DNA of 64,000 bases from Thermodesulfovibrionales bacterium (GTDB lineage: Bacteria > Nitrospirota > Thermodesulfovibrionia > Thermodesulfovibrionales > SM23-35). The notes under the pieces are model-generated. The model saw only the letters and a list, made by a program, of their open reading frames with translations. It made no database searches and was not told where the DNA came from. A program made the position numbers and the translations under genes. Shown here piece after piece: positions 20,081 to 32,337 of this stretch; position 1 is the stretch's first letter, and every line of letters starts with the position of its first letter. The stretch is taken from positions 128,001-192,000 of the forward strand of contig CAVQRT010000030.1 of the NCBI GenBank assembly GCA_963715195.1, given 5' to 3'.

Positions 20081-21775
20081 TTACCTGTTCAGTAAGAATT
20101 CCTGAAGGAGTTTCTTCTCTGCATCGGCGGTACCGATTATAATGAGTTCACTGTCCTCTTTTAGGGGCATATACGGATTTGGACTGATTTTCATGGTTCC
20201 ACCGGAATGTATGGCAACGACACTGCAACCTGTTTTCTCCCGCAGGTCTGTTTCCTGAAGGCTTTTTCCTATCAGCATGGTCGGCAAATGAACACGAAAG
20301 ACATTCAACCCTTCGGTAAGCATAAGAACCTCATTGGGTTTCAGGATATTGATAATGGTGTTCACTGCCAGTGAGGCATAGGACATGACAATATCTGCAC
20401 CTGCCGCATGCAGTTTGCTGACATTGCGGTCCAGCGTGGCTCTGCTGATGATCTGAATATCCGGCCTCAGCCTCCTGCAATAGATTGTAAGATAGATATT
20501 GATGTCATCATCGTGTGTAGTGATGAAAACGCTCGGTGACTCTTTGATTCCCGCACGGACAAGGGTATTTATGTCGGCAGCGCTACCGTGAATATAGTTT
20601 TCGTTCTTATCGGCAAGTTCTCTGTTGTTTTCCACGATTCTGCTAACGATGCCCCTTTCCTTTAATGCTTCTGCGGCAGAATAGCCCACACGGCCTCCTC
20701 CGAGGATTATGACAGGAGAAGTAAAGGCATATGAAGCTCCGACAATACGGTCGTAGTTGCCAAGATGCTCTTCGGAACCGGCAAGTACGAGGACACTCGT
20801 GGGGCTTATACGGCTGTCGGGCAGCGGGATCTCGAACTCCCCCCTCTCCCACATGCCGACTACAGTAACGCCCGTCTTCTCCCGCAGCCTTGTTTCCCTC
20901 AAGGTTCGGCCCTCCAGAACAGTGCGCATTGCAGGCGCTTCTGCGATAAGGAGTTCGCCGAACCTTCCTATCACATTTGCTTTCAAATTGGACCCAAGGG
21001 AACGGCGCGCAAGGGCATTTCCGAGCATCTTTGCAAAATGGAAGACATATGAAGCTCCCGCAAGCTTGAGGATATCGAGAGAATCTTCGGCATCGGCGGT
21101 GGTGACAATGGGGACATCCTTCGATAGCGATCTGATTGTAAAGGTTATATTAGTATTGAGCATGTCATTGTTGTTTACGACTACAAGGGCAGCATTCTCA
21201 ATGCGGAGCCTTCTGTAAGTATCTGGATCGTCAAGATCACCCATGACGACTTTGTAGTTCATATCATGGAGTTCCAACACATGCTGTAGATCGGGAACTA
21301 CTATCGCATAGCTATAATTATATTGTGTGAGCTTTTCAACGAGACTGAGCGAAATAGGATCTGTATTCGTAAGGACAATATGTCCGCTTGTTCCTGTGGC
21401 CAACTCCATTGGTGCCCGTGCTTTCTCCTTTGCTTCAAGCCATGGTGCGTAAAAGAAACGGATGAAAGTGAACGGGAGCATGACCAGTAAAAAAATAACC
21501 CCTGAAAGGAGGACTACTACTGAAAACACTTTTCCAAGATCACTTGTAAAAGTGATGTCACCGAACCCGAGCGTTGTCATAGTCACAAACGTCCAATAGA
21601 GGCCGGTGAGCCAGCTGAACTTCCTGCCTTCAAACTCCATTATGAAATGAAAAAGCGTGCTGTACAGCGAAATCAGCAGGAACAATATGATGAAAAATTT
21701 CCTCAAGAGCTTGATATTTCTCTTTGTACCTGCACTTTTCAGGAAGTAGACAAGCTGTGATGGAATAAATTTCAT
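20081..21775 (-). CDS. Potassium channel with tandem TrkA_N/TrkA_C (RCK) domains
   Basis: Two TM helices around pore signature TMTTLGFGD; GGGRVG nucleotide-binding RCK motif. Confidence 0.88.
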   Translation of the reverse strand: MKFIPSQLVYFLKSAGTKRNIKLLRKFFIILFLLISLYSTLFHFIMEFEGRKFSWLTGLYWTFVTMTTLGFGDITFTSDLGKVFSVVVLLSGVIFLLVMLPFTFIRFFYAPWLEAKEKARAPMELATGTSGHIVLTNTDPISLSLVEKLTQYNYSYAIVVPDLQHVLELHDMNYKVVMGDLDDPDTYRRLRIENAALVVVNNNDMLNTNITFTIRSLSKDVPIVTTADAEDSLDILKLAGASYVFHFAKMLGNALARRSLGSNLKANVIGRFGELLIAEAPAMRTVLEGRTLRETRLREKTGVTVVGMWERGEFEIPLPDSRISPTSVLVLAGSEEHLGNYDRIVGASYAFTSPVIILGGGRVGYSAAEALKERGIVSRIVENNRELADKNENYIHGSAADINTLVRAGIKESPSVFITTHDDDINIYLTIYCRRLRPDIQIISRATLDRNVSKLHAAGADIVMSYASLAVNTIINILKPNEVLMLTEGLNVFRVHLPTMLIGKSLQETDLREKTGCSVVAIHSGGTMKISPNPYMPLKEDSELIIIGTADAEKKLLQEFLLNR

Positions 21776-22065
21776 ATAATAAATACCCTACCTACACTGT
21801 TGGATTGCTGCACTCTTGCTATTTTACTATTCACGAAACATATCAGTTTAAGACTGACCTGTAAACTTTATGCAATCTCCGAGCGTATTACTTTTTTCTC
21901 TTCATAATTAAAAAGGAGTCAAACTTCATCGCTGTGCACAGCTCTATATTAAAAATTATTGAAATATCGTATAAAAAATAAATTTATTCTGGATAACAGT
22001 AAGTTCGGGTAAAAACTCAGGGAAATACTTTTAATCCTCTAAAAGCCTAGTGCGTTCTATTGAGG

Positions 22066-22410
22066 TCAAGAAGTTTTTTCTATGAACTGTTTAAAGCGTT
22101 CGACTTGACCTTCCATACCTACAGCACTTTCTACATCAACTACAAACGCAATACCCGTCCCCGGCTTATTGAAATTACCTTTTTCATAAATCGCATTAAG
22201 AACCGACTCTACGAGACTTTGTTCTAAAACGAAGAGAACCACGTCGGTCTGCGCTTCGAGGTGCAGACCAAAGAAGGTCTTTGCCTCCCGTTTACCAGTG
22301 CCCCGGGCAGGAATAATTGTCGCCATGGTACTACCAGCAGATTGAGCGGCTTCTACGATTCGGTCTGTTTCTGTGGTCTTGACCATAGCTACGATTAACT
22401 TAAAATTCAT
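22066..22410 (-). CDS. PII-like signal transduction protein
   Basis: KLIVAMV, ARGTG, KPGTGIAFVVDV; PII size and motif pattern. Confidence 0.85.
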   Translation of the reverse strand: MNFKLIVAMVKTTETDRIVEAAQSAGSTMATIIPARGTGKREAKTFFGLHLEAQTDVVLFVLEQSLVESVLNAIYEKGNFNKPGTGIAFVVDVESAVGMEGQVERFKQFIEKTS

Positions 22411-22411
22411 G

Positions 22412-23197
22412 TCATTTCTCCTTGGCTATTCTCAAATTACGCACCACCGACCAGCGTGCGATTTGAGCATAACCCATCACAGTTATTATAGGAAAAACAC
22501 TTGCAAAAGCAATTAATCCAAAGCCGTCCATGAGTGGATTACGCCCTGGAATTGTTTGAGAAAGTCCAAGGCCTAACGCAGCAATCAAAGGCACGGTTAC
22601 TGTCGAGGTTGTAATCCCACCTGAATCGTAAGCAAGAGGAATTATTTCACGCGGAGCAAAAAGCGTTTGAATTACTACGATGGCATATCCTGCAATGATA
22701 TATATATAAAGTGGTGTTCCCGTCACAATGCGAAATGTACCGATTGCTACTCCAATAGCGACACCTGTTGCAACAGCCAGTCTCAATCCCCACTGATTCA
22801 CCCCGCCTCGTGATACTTCATGAGCTTTGTAGGATACAGCGATTAAGGCTGGCTCGGCAACTGTCGTGGCAAATCCAATCAAAGCGCCAAATACATATAC
22901 CCATCCGTAGGCATACCATCCTGCATTGGAAGGTACATTCGCTGTATTGAAAACGAATTTAGAGCTAGACAGCTGTATCGCCATAATTTTGCCGATAGGG
23001 AAAAGGGCAGTCTCCAGTCCATAAAGGAAAAACGTTAATCCAAGAAGAACGAACACGAATCCGGCCACTGCGCGTTTCCAATTCGGTATCGACCTTCGTA
23101 AAATCGTAAGCTGGAAAAATATCAACAGGAAGATAACCGGCAACACGTCTTTCACGGTTAATCCAAGGGTATGAACAAATGTGATAATCAAATTCAT
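22412..23197 (-). CDS. DUF1538 membrane protein
   Basis: [38 protein letters not shown]. Confidence 0.88.
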   Translation of the reverse strand: MNLIITFVHTLGLTVKDVLPVIFLLIFFQLTILRRSIPNWKRAVAGFVFVLLGLTFFLYGLETALFPIGKIMAIQLSSSKFVFNTANVPSNAGWYAYGWVYVFGALIGFATTVAEPALIAVSYKAHEVSRGGVNQWGLRLAVATGVAIGVAIGTFRIVTGTPLYIYIIAGYAIVVIQTLFAPREIIPLAYDSGGITTSTVTVPLIAALGLGLSQTIPGRNPLMDGFGLIAFASVFPIITVMGYAQIARWSVVRNLRIAKEK

Positions 23198-23214
23198 GTT
23201 TTAACCATAAATGC

Positions 23215-23979
23215 CTATCCCTTCACCAACATGCCATAGGCCATAACAAAGACTATTGGCAACAGGGAGGCAAACGCAATAAGTCCAAAACCATCTATAA
23301 GCGGATTACGTTCACGAATTGTGGAGGCAAGTCCCACTCCGAGAGCTGTCACAAGTGGCACCGTTACTGTTGATGTAGTAACTCCTCCGGAATCGTATGC
23401 AATCCCCACGATTTCAGGGGGTGCGAAGGCTGTCATGATCATGACGATGACATAACCGCCAATAATAAGATAATGAACAGGCCAACCCTTGAGAATCCGA
23501 ATGAGTCCAATGAAAATAGCAATTCCTACGGATAATGCAACAGTGATGCGGAGTCCCATTGCGTAGGACTGCATGGCAGAAGAATCTGAGCTGATATATT
23601 GTCCGTTCGCCGCCACTACCGCGGCCTCCTTGGTTACAGAGATGAGCGCAGGTTCAGCGATGGTTGTCGAGAAGCCCAGCCCAAAACCGAACAAAAGGAG
23701 CCAGAAAAGACTACCCTTGTATGCAAAAGCTTCTGCCATTGCTTCCCCGATAGGGAAAAGTCCCATTTCCAGCCCTAGAACAAATATTGAGAGTCCCAGT
23801 ATGACAAAAATAAGTCCAACAAATACATCCATAAGTTGAGGAAACGGCTGGCGAAGCACTGCAAGTTGAAAAATTGTTATTACGATTATGATAGGAGCGA
23901 GATCCCGACAGGCACCGACTATATGCAATGCAAATCCCTTGAGTGCTTTAGAACTATGTTTGAGCAATTCAGTTTTCAC
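23215..23979 (-). CDS. DUF1538 membrane protein
   Basis: [38 protein letters not shown]. Confidence 0.88.
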   Translation of the reverse strand: MKTELLKHSSKALKGFALHIVGACRDLAPIIIVITIFQLAVLRQPFPQLMDVFVGLIFVILGLSIFVLGLEMGLFPIGEAMAEAFAYKGSLFWLLLFGFGLGFSTTIAEPALISVTKEAAVVAANGQYISSDSSAMQSYAMGLRITVALSVGIAIFIGLIRILKGWPVHYLIIGGYVIVMIMTAFAPPEIVGIAYDSGGVTTSTVTVPLVTALGVGLASTIRERNPLIDGFGLIAFASLLPIVFVMAYGMLVKG

Positions 23980-24277
23980 TGCAACACCTTTTTATTTTTT
24001 CATAAGTATTATGCAATCCGTTTGAAGACAATTGTATCAGTTCTCCAGTCAGATTTGTGAAGTATATATATTGAAAAGAACACCACTTTTTATGTATAGA
24101 TAAATTCTGATAATTCTCTAAAATCTAACCAATTATATCAGGTTTCTTGTGAGTGAACTCTAAAGGGAATCAACACGAAAGTTAGAATTTTTGGTACTGC
24201 GGACTTCTCCTATGCGAAGATCTTCTTCTATACGTAACAAAGCCTACTTTTTCTTTTAATATTAGATAGTTACAATT

Positions 24278-24544
24278 ATGTTTATCACGCCTATTTTTGT
24301 AATCCTATGGCCTTCTTTTATTAGCTATTCCATATTGATCCCAACTGAACATCAGTTTCATGATGCTATTCTGAAAGAGTTCAGAGATGTCGTTCAACAT
24401 TCTGTCCTGAAAAAATGGCTATATTTGCCTGAAGCAACAGAGGATTTTGAAACATTGGCTTCCGATATCGTTGAGGCAGTCAAGATGAATGATCAGAGGT
24501 TTGGGGTCGAACCACAGGAAAAAGTTTCTCGAAAAAAGAAGTAG
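24278..24544 (+). pseudogene. Short hypothetical ORF, possibly a C-terminal gene remnant
   Basis: Only the distal part reads as protein-like (LKEFRDVVQH...); no family recognised. Confidence 0.25.
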
Positions 24545-24772
24545 CTTCTTCAGGGTGAGAACAAAAAAATTCTTCATGAACGTTGCAGGAATCGGCTATC
24601 TTTTCTGGTCAATAGTGCACCTACCATTCAACAGTCTTGAGGTTTCTTAAATAATGCGCATGTCTTCCTCCGCAACCATTAAATCCTGCTGTACCATAAA
24701 GATTATTACCCGAAATAAATGTTCAGAGTAATGACCAATATCCAATTTTAAACGATTTGTTAACATATCATT

Positions 24773-25441
24773 ATGCAAGTTCTTTCAATAGGTATAAACA
24801 AAGAAAAGGAATCTCTCTACCGATGGGCATATGCTCTTGCTGTTATTACTATTTTCTACAATATCCTTGAAGGGTTAGTATCAATATATTTTGGTATAGA
24901 GGATGAAACACTTGCATTGTTTGGCTTTGGTTTGGATTCATTTGTTGAAGTTATCTCAGGTGTTGGTATCTGGCATATGATAAAAAGAATTAGAAGAAAT
25001 TATGATGCTAATCCCGACCAGTTTGAAAGACAGGCACTCAAAATTACAGGATCAGCTTTCTATATTCTCTCAGTGGGTCTTATAGGGACAGCTCTAATAA
25101 ATATTTATCAGGGGCATAAACCTGAAACCACTTTTTGGGGAATAGTTATCTCTTTGATATCAATTGTTACTATGTGGCTATTGATACATTACAAACTCAA
25201 AGTAGGAAAACAGCTTAATTCTCAGGCGATTGTCGCAGACGCCCATTGCACAAGAGCCTGTCTGTACCTTTCAATAGTTCTTCTTTTATCGAGTGGAGGA
25301 TATGAATTAACAGGAATGGGAGGGATCGACTCCATTGGTGCAATTTTTATAGCTGGTCTTTCATTGAAAGAAGGTCGTGAATCGTTCCAAAAAGCTCAAG
25401 GGTTATCCTGTAGCTGTCAAGATAGTTGTCTGAGGCAATAA
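24773..25441 (+). CDS. Cation diffusion facilitator-like membrane transporter (short type)
   Basis: YNILEG, LFGFGLDSFVEVISG, ADAHC, C-terminal Cys-rich tail. Confidence 0.8.
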   Translation: MQVLSIGINKEKESLYRWAYALAVITIFYNILEGLVSIYFGIEDETLALFGFGLDSFVEVISGVGIWHMIKRIRRNYDANPDQFERQALKITGSAFYILSVGLIGTALINIYQGHKPETTFWGIVISLISIVTMWLLIHYKLKVGKQLNSQAIVADAHCTRACLYLSIVLLLSSGGYELTGMGGIDSIGAIFIAGLSLKEGRESFQKAQGLSCSCQDSCLRQ

Positions 25442-25772
25442 AACTAACAATCGAGATAATGCAGCAAAATAGTCCTTCCTGAAGCAGAGATTTTTTTTAC
25501 GAACCTTGCAGTAGCAGGTTTCTTCTGAAAATCATCAGATTCGGTCTTATACCTCAAAAATATTTTCAAAATAGCAATTTCACTATAAAAGATAGCAATA
25601 TTTCCATTGCAATTAATTTTATTTGTGGTATAAATAATATATATATATATTTGTAAAGTACCGCTCCGTAATAACAAACAAATCATTCAGTGCCAGCGAG
25701 AGGGGGTGCTATCAAAGGATTCTTAACATGGCCGTGAAAACCACTGTTCACAAATAAGAAAGGAGAGAAAAA

Positions 25773-26120
25773 ATGGGTAAAAAAGTAGCAGTATTATTGG
25801 GTATTCTGTTTCTTGTTTCTGCCATCAGCGTAACTGCTTCAGCGCTGACACCAATAGAGCAATTGGGCAAATCAATTTTCTTAGATTTGAATCTCTCTAT
25901 CAATCAAAACCAGTCATGTGCTTCATGCCATGGAAAAGAGGTTGGTTGGACAGGGCCTTTATCTGATATTAATGCTCAAGGCTCTGTTTATGAAGGCTCA
26001 ATTCCTGGAGAGTTTGGCAATCGGAAGCCCCCTTCTGCTGCATATGCCACTGTGAGTCCTATTTTACACATGGATAAAAAAGGGTTGATCGTAGGTGGCA
26101 ATTTTTGGGATGGAAGAGCT
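25773..26120 (+). pseudogene. Di-heme cytochrome c peroxidase (Ccp/MauG family), N-terminal fragment
   Basis: Signal peptide, LGKSIFLD.NLS, CASCH, GNRKPP, GGNFWDGRA then abrupt end; second heme domain absent. Confidence 0.85.
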
Positions 26121-26780
26121 ATCGATGTTTCGAAGGACTCTTTTTCAGCAGCGGGCATCGATTCCAAAGGCAACGTACTGTTTGAAGGCAGCTACAGCAT
26201 GGATGCTGAGGGATTTGGTCTTTTTCTGGAAATAGTCATTCGGCACGGTAAGGATCTCAAACAGATACTTGCTGCCATGGAATCGACGGGATGCTATCAC
26301 CTGAATCTCTTCTCCTTTTTAAATCAACAGGGGTTGCAGGTAGTAGTGATCAATCCTTTACTTATCTCAAACTTCGCAAAACTCTCCTTGAGGAAAACAA
26401 AGACGGATAAGAAAGATGCCCGGACCATTGCACAGTTCATAGTGCAGCACCAAGATGCTGTCTCTGGGTTGGCGGTGTCCCAGGGGTTGCAGGATCTGAG
26501 GGATCTCGCCAGAGAAAGGGAGTCCCTGTGCCATTTCATATCTGAGACAAAGTCCGAAATAAAGAGGGTTCTGAGGACTACTTTCCCGGAATTAGAGTCC
26601 CTCTGTGACATCTCCACAAAGGTGATGTTGCAATTCCTTCTACAGTATTCATCAGCTCGGATGATCACATCGGCTAAGCAAAAAGACATCGTCAAAGCAC
26701 TGGAAAGAAAAGGGGTAGGCACACGACTTACATTTTCTGCTCAGGACATTATTGTGGCAGCTAAGAACTCGGTTGGCATA
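26121..26780 (+). mobile_element. IS110-family transposase internal fragment (DEDD domain plus part of coiled coil)
   Basis: IDVSK, AMESTG.Y, VINP, KTKTDKKDA, LRDLARER, FPEL; own start and C-terminal domain missing. Confidence 0.88.
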
Positions 26781-26926
26781 CCGACAACAGCAAAAGTAAG
26801 TGCAGTTCGTATATAAGCGAGGAAAGTCCTGTCATTTGCAAGGTCTGTTCGATGAGCGGCGAGATGATCGCGGAGAATTATATGACCTTTTTTCTCGTTA
26901 GTGCTTGTGTGTTGCTCATTTTCCAT
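26780..26926 (-). pseudogene. DUF202/YidH-like membrane protein, N-terminal fragment
   Basis: LRDHLAAHRTDLANDRTFLAYIRTAL, truncated at the IS110 fragment. Confidence 0.8.
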
Positions 26927-27110
26927 GGGTATAATTGGAATCAATCCTTATGAAAAAACTCTAACGCCTGAGTACATCTTTTAGTACAATCCAAAGATTA
27001 TTTCTTTCACAATATTGAAACTGTCAGAAAAAATCAAAATAAAATGTCCAAACCCTTGGAAAGTCATCCCCATTAATTTAATAAAATGTCCTTTTTTGTG
27101 ATACGATTAA

Positions 27111-28473
<1,363 letters not shown>

Positions 28474-28477
<4 letters not shown>

Positions 28478-28878
28478 GCGATTCATTATTCACTCTCAGG
28501 ATGGTAACACCTCCGAAAATAACCGAGAAACAAATAAAGGCTATCAGGCTGAAAGACGGGTCCGGATTTTTTGGGATAATGAAAGGGCATATCGATTTCG
28601 TAACTGCCATTGAGCCGTCCCTCTGCTATTACCTTGATGAGAACGATAGAGAGGTGTTTCTTGCAGTGGATGGAGGGTTAGTAAGCGTCAAAGGGGGAAT
28701 AGTGACGATTACCTCCCGTGAAATATTTGAAAGCGATGATGCCGAAAAACTGGCTGAAATTATCGAGAATACAATGGTGAAAAGGGATGCTTCGGAACTT
28801 TCTTTTTTCAATATGATTAAAGGTATTGAACGATCTTTTATGGAAAAGACCCTTGAATCCGTAAGGGGCGGGTCGTGA
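28474..28878 (+). CDS. atpC: N-type ATPase subunit epsilon
   Basis: G.FGIMKGHIDF, FLAVDGG; ATG overlaps the restored atpD stop. Confidence 0.88.
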
Positions 28879-29159
28879 TGGAAGATAATAAATTTTCAGA
28901 AGACATCGGGAAATCTGCGAAGGAACTGATGGAAGCCAGAAAGGACAAAGACGGATTCCTGCACTATGCCTATGTCCTTGGCGTCGGCGGATGGCTGCTG
29001 GCGCTGCCTATTGTTGGAGGGGCATACCTCGGGAAATATCTGGATAAGAAGATTGGGGTAAGCGGCGGAATATCATGGACAATTACCTTTATCATAATCG
29101 GCATTGCAGTCGGCTTTTTTAATCTCTGGTACACCTTTATTAAGAGAGCTCAGAAATGA
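28875..29159 (+). CDS. AtpQ/AtpZ-like N-ATPase accessory membrane protein
   Basis: LGVGGW..ALP..GG..LG.YLD, SWTITFII.G; position in atpDCQ order. Confidence 0.8.
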   Translation: MMEDNKFSEDIGKSAKELMEARKDKDGFLHYAYVLGVGGWLLALPIVGGAYLGKYLDKKIGVSGGISWTITFIIIGIAVGFFNLWYTFIKRAQK

Positions 29160-29821
29160 AAACCCTGAGTGTTTTTCCGGAAAAGGTATTTTCCATAGGG
29201 CCTGTGCAGGTGACTGATACTGTTATCACAACATGGTTTGTAATGGCACGTCGTAATAGCGATCTGTGCTCTCTTTACAAGGAGGCTGTCCATACAACCA
29301 TCTACCGGTCAGGAGATCCTGGAGGGTATTTTTGAGGCCATAGAAACAACAGTGAGAGATGTCCTTCCCATAGACCCATGGCTCGTTATTCCGGTTTTAG
29401 GAACCATCTGGATTCTGATAGGTTTTTCAAATCTTGTCGGCATTCTGCCTATGGTGAAAACACCGACTGCCGATCTGAATACGACATTTGCCTTTGCCGT
29501 ACTATCCTATTCCATGACACATGTCTTTGGGATAGCAACACAGGGGCTGAAGGGATATCTTTCTCATTACAAGGAACCAACGTGGATATTATTTCCTTTT
29601 CATCTCATAGCGAGGTCACCAGGACAATAGCGCTTGCGATAAGGCTATTCGGAAATATGCTAAGCGGGGATATGATTGCGTTTATACTTCTCGGCATAGT
29701 CGGATTTCTTATCCCGGTGCCTTTTAATCTTTTGCATATTGTTATTGGAATTATACAGGCATACATATTCGGCGTTTTGACGCTGGTTTTCATAGCCGGA
29801 GGAATACGGTCACAACCATAA
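29156..29821 (+). pseudogene. atpB: F0 subunit a interrupted by two frameshifts (about 29249 and 29611)
   Basis: Three frames join to give TVITTW...QEILEG...PTADLNTT...EVTRTIALAIRLFGN...IQAYIF. Confidence 0.88.
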
Positions 29822-29828
29822 AAGGAGG

Positions 29829-30101
29829 ATGAATATGGATGGATTAACGATCATTATAGCTGTTTCAATATTCTCTGCGGGTCTTGCCATAGCAATCGGC
29901 GGCTATGGCCCGGCAAGGGCGCTTGGTGAATCGCTCTCGAAAGCCCTTGATTCCATAGCACGACAACCTGAGGCGTCTGCCTCGATTATGAGGACGCTCT
30001 TTGTCGGAATGGCTTTGATAGAATCAATTGCCATCTATGCTTTCGTCATAGCACTGATTATCCTTTTCGCAAATCCGCTAATCGGATATGTCGTGAAATG
30101 A
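29829..30101 (+). CDS. atpE: F0 subunit c
   Basis: ARQPEA loop, IESIAIY carboxylate helix, FANP; AGGAGG RBS. Confidence 0.95.
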   Translation: MNMDGLTIIIAVSIFSAGLAIAIGGYGPARALGESLSKALDSIARQPEASASIMRTLFVGMALIESIAIYAFVIALIILFANPLIGYVVK

Positions 30102-30838
30102 AATTCGATATCTGGACATTTCTCTTTCAGATAATAAACTTTCTTGTTCTGCTCTTCATCCTTAAGCGGATTTTGTATAAGCCGATACGTGAGATTATAG
30201 AGAAGCGGAGAAGTCTTATCCGGCAACGCATCGAAGAGGCCGAGAAAATAAAAAAGGAAGCCATGGAATTGAAGGAGAACTATCAGCATGATATGAACAA
30301 ACTGCACGAACTCAAATCCGGTATGATCGAGAAGATGAATGAGGAAGTCGAGCAGGACAGAAAAAATCTGATGGGCAAGGCTGAAGAAGAAGCGGCAAGG
30401 GTCATTGAGAAGGAAAAAGCCGTATTTGATACGGAAAAAGCAAGGCACGAAGCTGAATTGAAGGATAAGGCGATTGAAGCTGTTACGCTCTTTGCAATAA
30501 ATCTCTTAAAGGGTGTTTCAGATGAGGAACTTCATAAAGCCATATATGAAAAGCTTTTCAGGGAACTCCAGGGAGTAGCTTCTCAGATACCGGAGATAAA
30601 GGAAAAGGACAGACCGCTGAACGTGGATCTGATCACTGCATATCCACTCAGTGAGGATGAGACAAGGAAGATCAGGGAAGCAATCGAATCGCTTCTCTCG
30701 CAGAGTGTTATTCTCAATACAATAATTGATAAAGCCCTCATAGCGGGGGTTAAAATAATATTTTATGATATGGTCTATGACTTATCACTCTCAGGTCAGA
30801 TAAAGAAACTTGCCTTAAAGCTGAAAGAAACTGTCTGA
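30098..30838 (+). CDS. atpF: N-ATPase subunit b (long, with delta-like C-terminus)
   Basis: FQIINFLVL..L...LYKPI; C-terminal TAYPL...LIAGV. Confidence 0.88.
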   Translation: MKFDIWTFLFQIINFLVLLFILKRILYKPIREIIEKRRSLIRQRIEEAEKIKKEAMELKENYQHDMNKLHELKSGMIEKMNEEVEQDRKNLMGKAEEEAARVIEKEKAVFDTEKARHEAELKDKAIEAVTLFAINLLKGVSDEELHKAIYEKLFRELQGVASQIPEIKEKDRPLNVDLITAYPLSEDETRKIREAIESLLSQSVILNTIIDKALIAGVKIIFYDMVYDLSLSGQIKKLALKLKETV

Positions 30839-32335
30839 ATGGAAAAAGATATACTCACTTTTTTCGAGAAGATACAAGAGACGGCAAGGAAGACAGACTT
30901 TTCCGTCGAGATATCTCAAGAGGGCAAGGTGCTCTCTGTTGGAGACGGAATTGTGAAGGTTTCCGGGCTCCGGGATGCAAAGCTCTATGAACTTATAGAA
31001 CTTGAAAGTGGTGATAAAGGCATTGTCTTTGACCTCGATGCTGAAAGTATCGGTATTGTCCTGCTTACCGAACAGAACGGGATAAAGGCTGGAGACGCGG
31101 CGTACAAGACGGAACGGATTGTTTCTGTCCCTGTAGGAGAGGCCCTTCTGGGCAGGGTGCTTGATGCTCTCGGTAATCCTCTCGATGGAGGTCCTCAATC
31201 AGAAAATAGTACATACTATCCCGTGGAAAGAGAGGCCCCTTCACTCCTGCAGAGAGATTTCATAACCCAGCCGCTCTATACCGGCATTAAGCTTATCGAC
31301 GCCATGCTCCCCATAGGCAGGGGACAGAGAGAATTAATAATCGGCGACCCTTCAATAGGGAAAACCGCCGTAGCGGTAGACGCTATTCTCAATCAGAAAA
31401 GTTCTGATGTCATCTCGGTTTATGTTGCGATAGGACAGAATATATCACACATCCTTAAGATCATCGAAGAGATAAAGAAATATGGAGATTTCTCAAAGAC
31501 CACATTTGTAGTTGCCGATGCATCAAACTCTTTCGGTCTGCAGTACATAGCTCCTTACAGCGCAACGGCTATCGCAGAGTATTTCCTTGATAAAGGCAGA
31601 GATGTCCTCATCGTTTACGATGATCTTACCAGGCATGCAGAGGCATACCGTTCATTGAGCCTTCTTCTGAAACGACCGCCGGGCAGGGAGGCTTTCCCGG
31701 GAGATATATTCTTTATTCACTCCAGACTCCTCGAAAGATCTGCCAAACTGAACCAGAAATCCGGGGGAGGTTCGCTCACCGCCCTTCCCATAGTTGAAAC
31801 ACAGCAAGGCAGAATATCATCGTATATACCAACAAATCTTGTTTCAATAACTGACGGGCAGATATACCTGGACACCCTGTTGTTCAATAAAGGTATTCGT
31901 CCTGCCGTCGATGTAGGAAAATCAGTATCAAGAATAGGCGGCAAGGCCCAAGTTGAAGCCATGAAGAAGGTCGCGGAAAGACTCAAGATAGATTATTCCC
32001 GGTTTGCGGAAGTAGAGGTATTTACCAAATTCGGGGCCCATCTTGAGGAAGAAACAGCAAAGCTTATCAGGCGCGGAGAGCGCATGAGAGAGGTGCTCAA
32101 GCAACCGAGGTTTCATCCCTTTACGCTTCCGGCCATGGTATTGAGTTTCATCATTTTAGAATCAGGCATGCTCGATGCGGTTGATATTGCTTCGACGGGA
32201 AAAGCCTGTATGGAAATTCTGAACAGGACACTGAGTGCACATGCGGAACTGGTGAATAAAATCGACCAGGAAGGAAGGCTTGCCGATAAGGATATCGAGA
32301 TGCTGAAAAATACCATCACTGCTGTTGAGATTTAG
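30839..32335 (+). CDS. atpA: N-type ATPase subunit alpha
   Basis: VGDGI, GRGQRELIIGD, PPGREAFPGD, YIPTNLVSITDGQI. Confidence 0.93.
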   Translation: MEKDILTFFEKIQETARKTDFSVEISQEGKVLSVGDGIVKVSGLRDAKLYELIELESGDKGIVFDLDAESIGIVLLTEQNGIKAGDAAYKTERIVSVPVGEALLGRVLDALGNPLDGGPQSENSTYYPVEREAPSLLQRDFITQPLYTGIKLIDAMLPIGRGQRELIIGDPSIGKTAVAVDAILNQKSSDVISVYVAIGQNISHILKIIEEIKKYGDFSKTTFVVADASNSFGLQYIAPYSATAIAEYFLDKGRDVLIVYDDLTRHAEAYRSLSLLLKRPPGREAFPGDIFFIHSRLLERSAKLNQKSGGGSLTALPIVETQQGRISSYIPTNLVSITDGQIYLDTLLFNKGIRPAVDVGKSVSRIGGKAQVEAMKKVAERLKIDYSRFAEVEVFTKFGAHLEEETAKLIRRGERMREVLKQPRFHPFTLPAMVLSFIILESGMLDAVDIASTGKACMEILNRTLSAHAELVNKIDQEGRLADKDIEMLKNTITAVEI

Positions 32336-32337
32336 GC

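Noticed and set aside
24560..24700. Minus-strand remnant reading EEDMRII / LRNLKTVEW
   Set aside because: Broken by stops and a frame change; too short to assign a family
25773..26816. Single genuine 347-aa gene
   Set aside because: Composed of three unrelated truncated pieces; annotated as fragments
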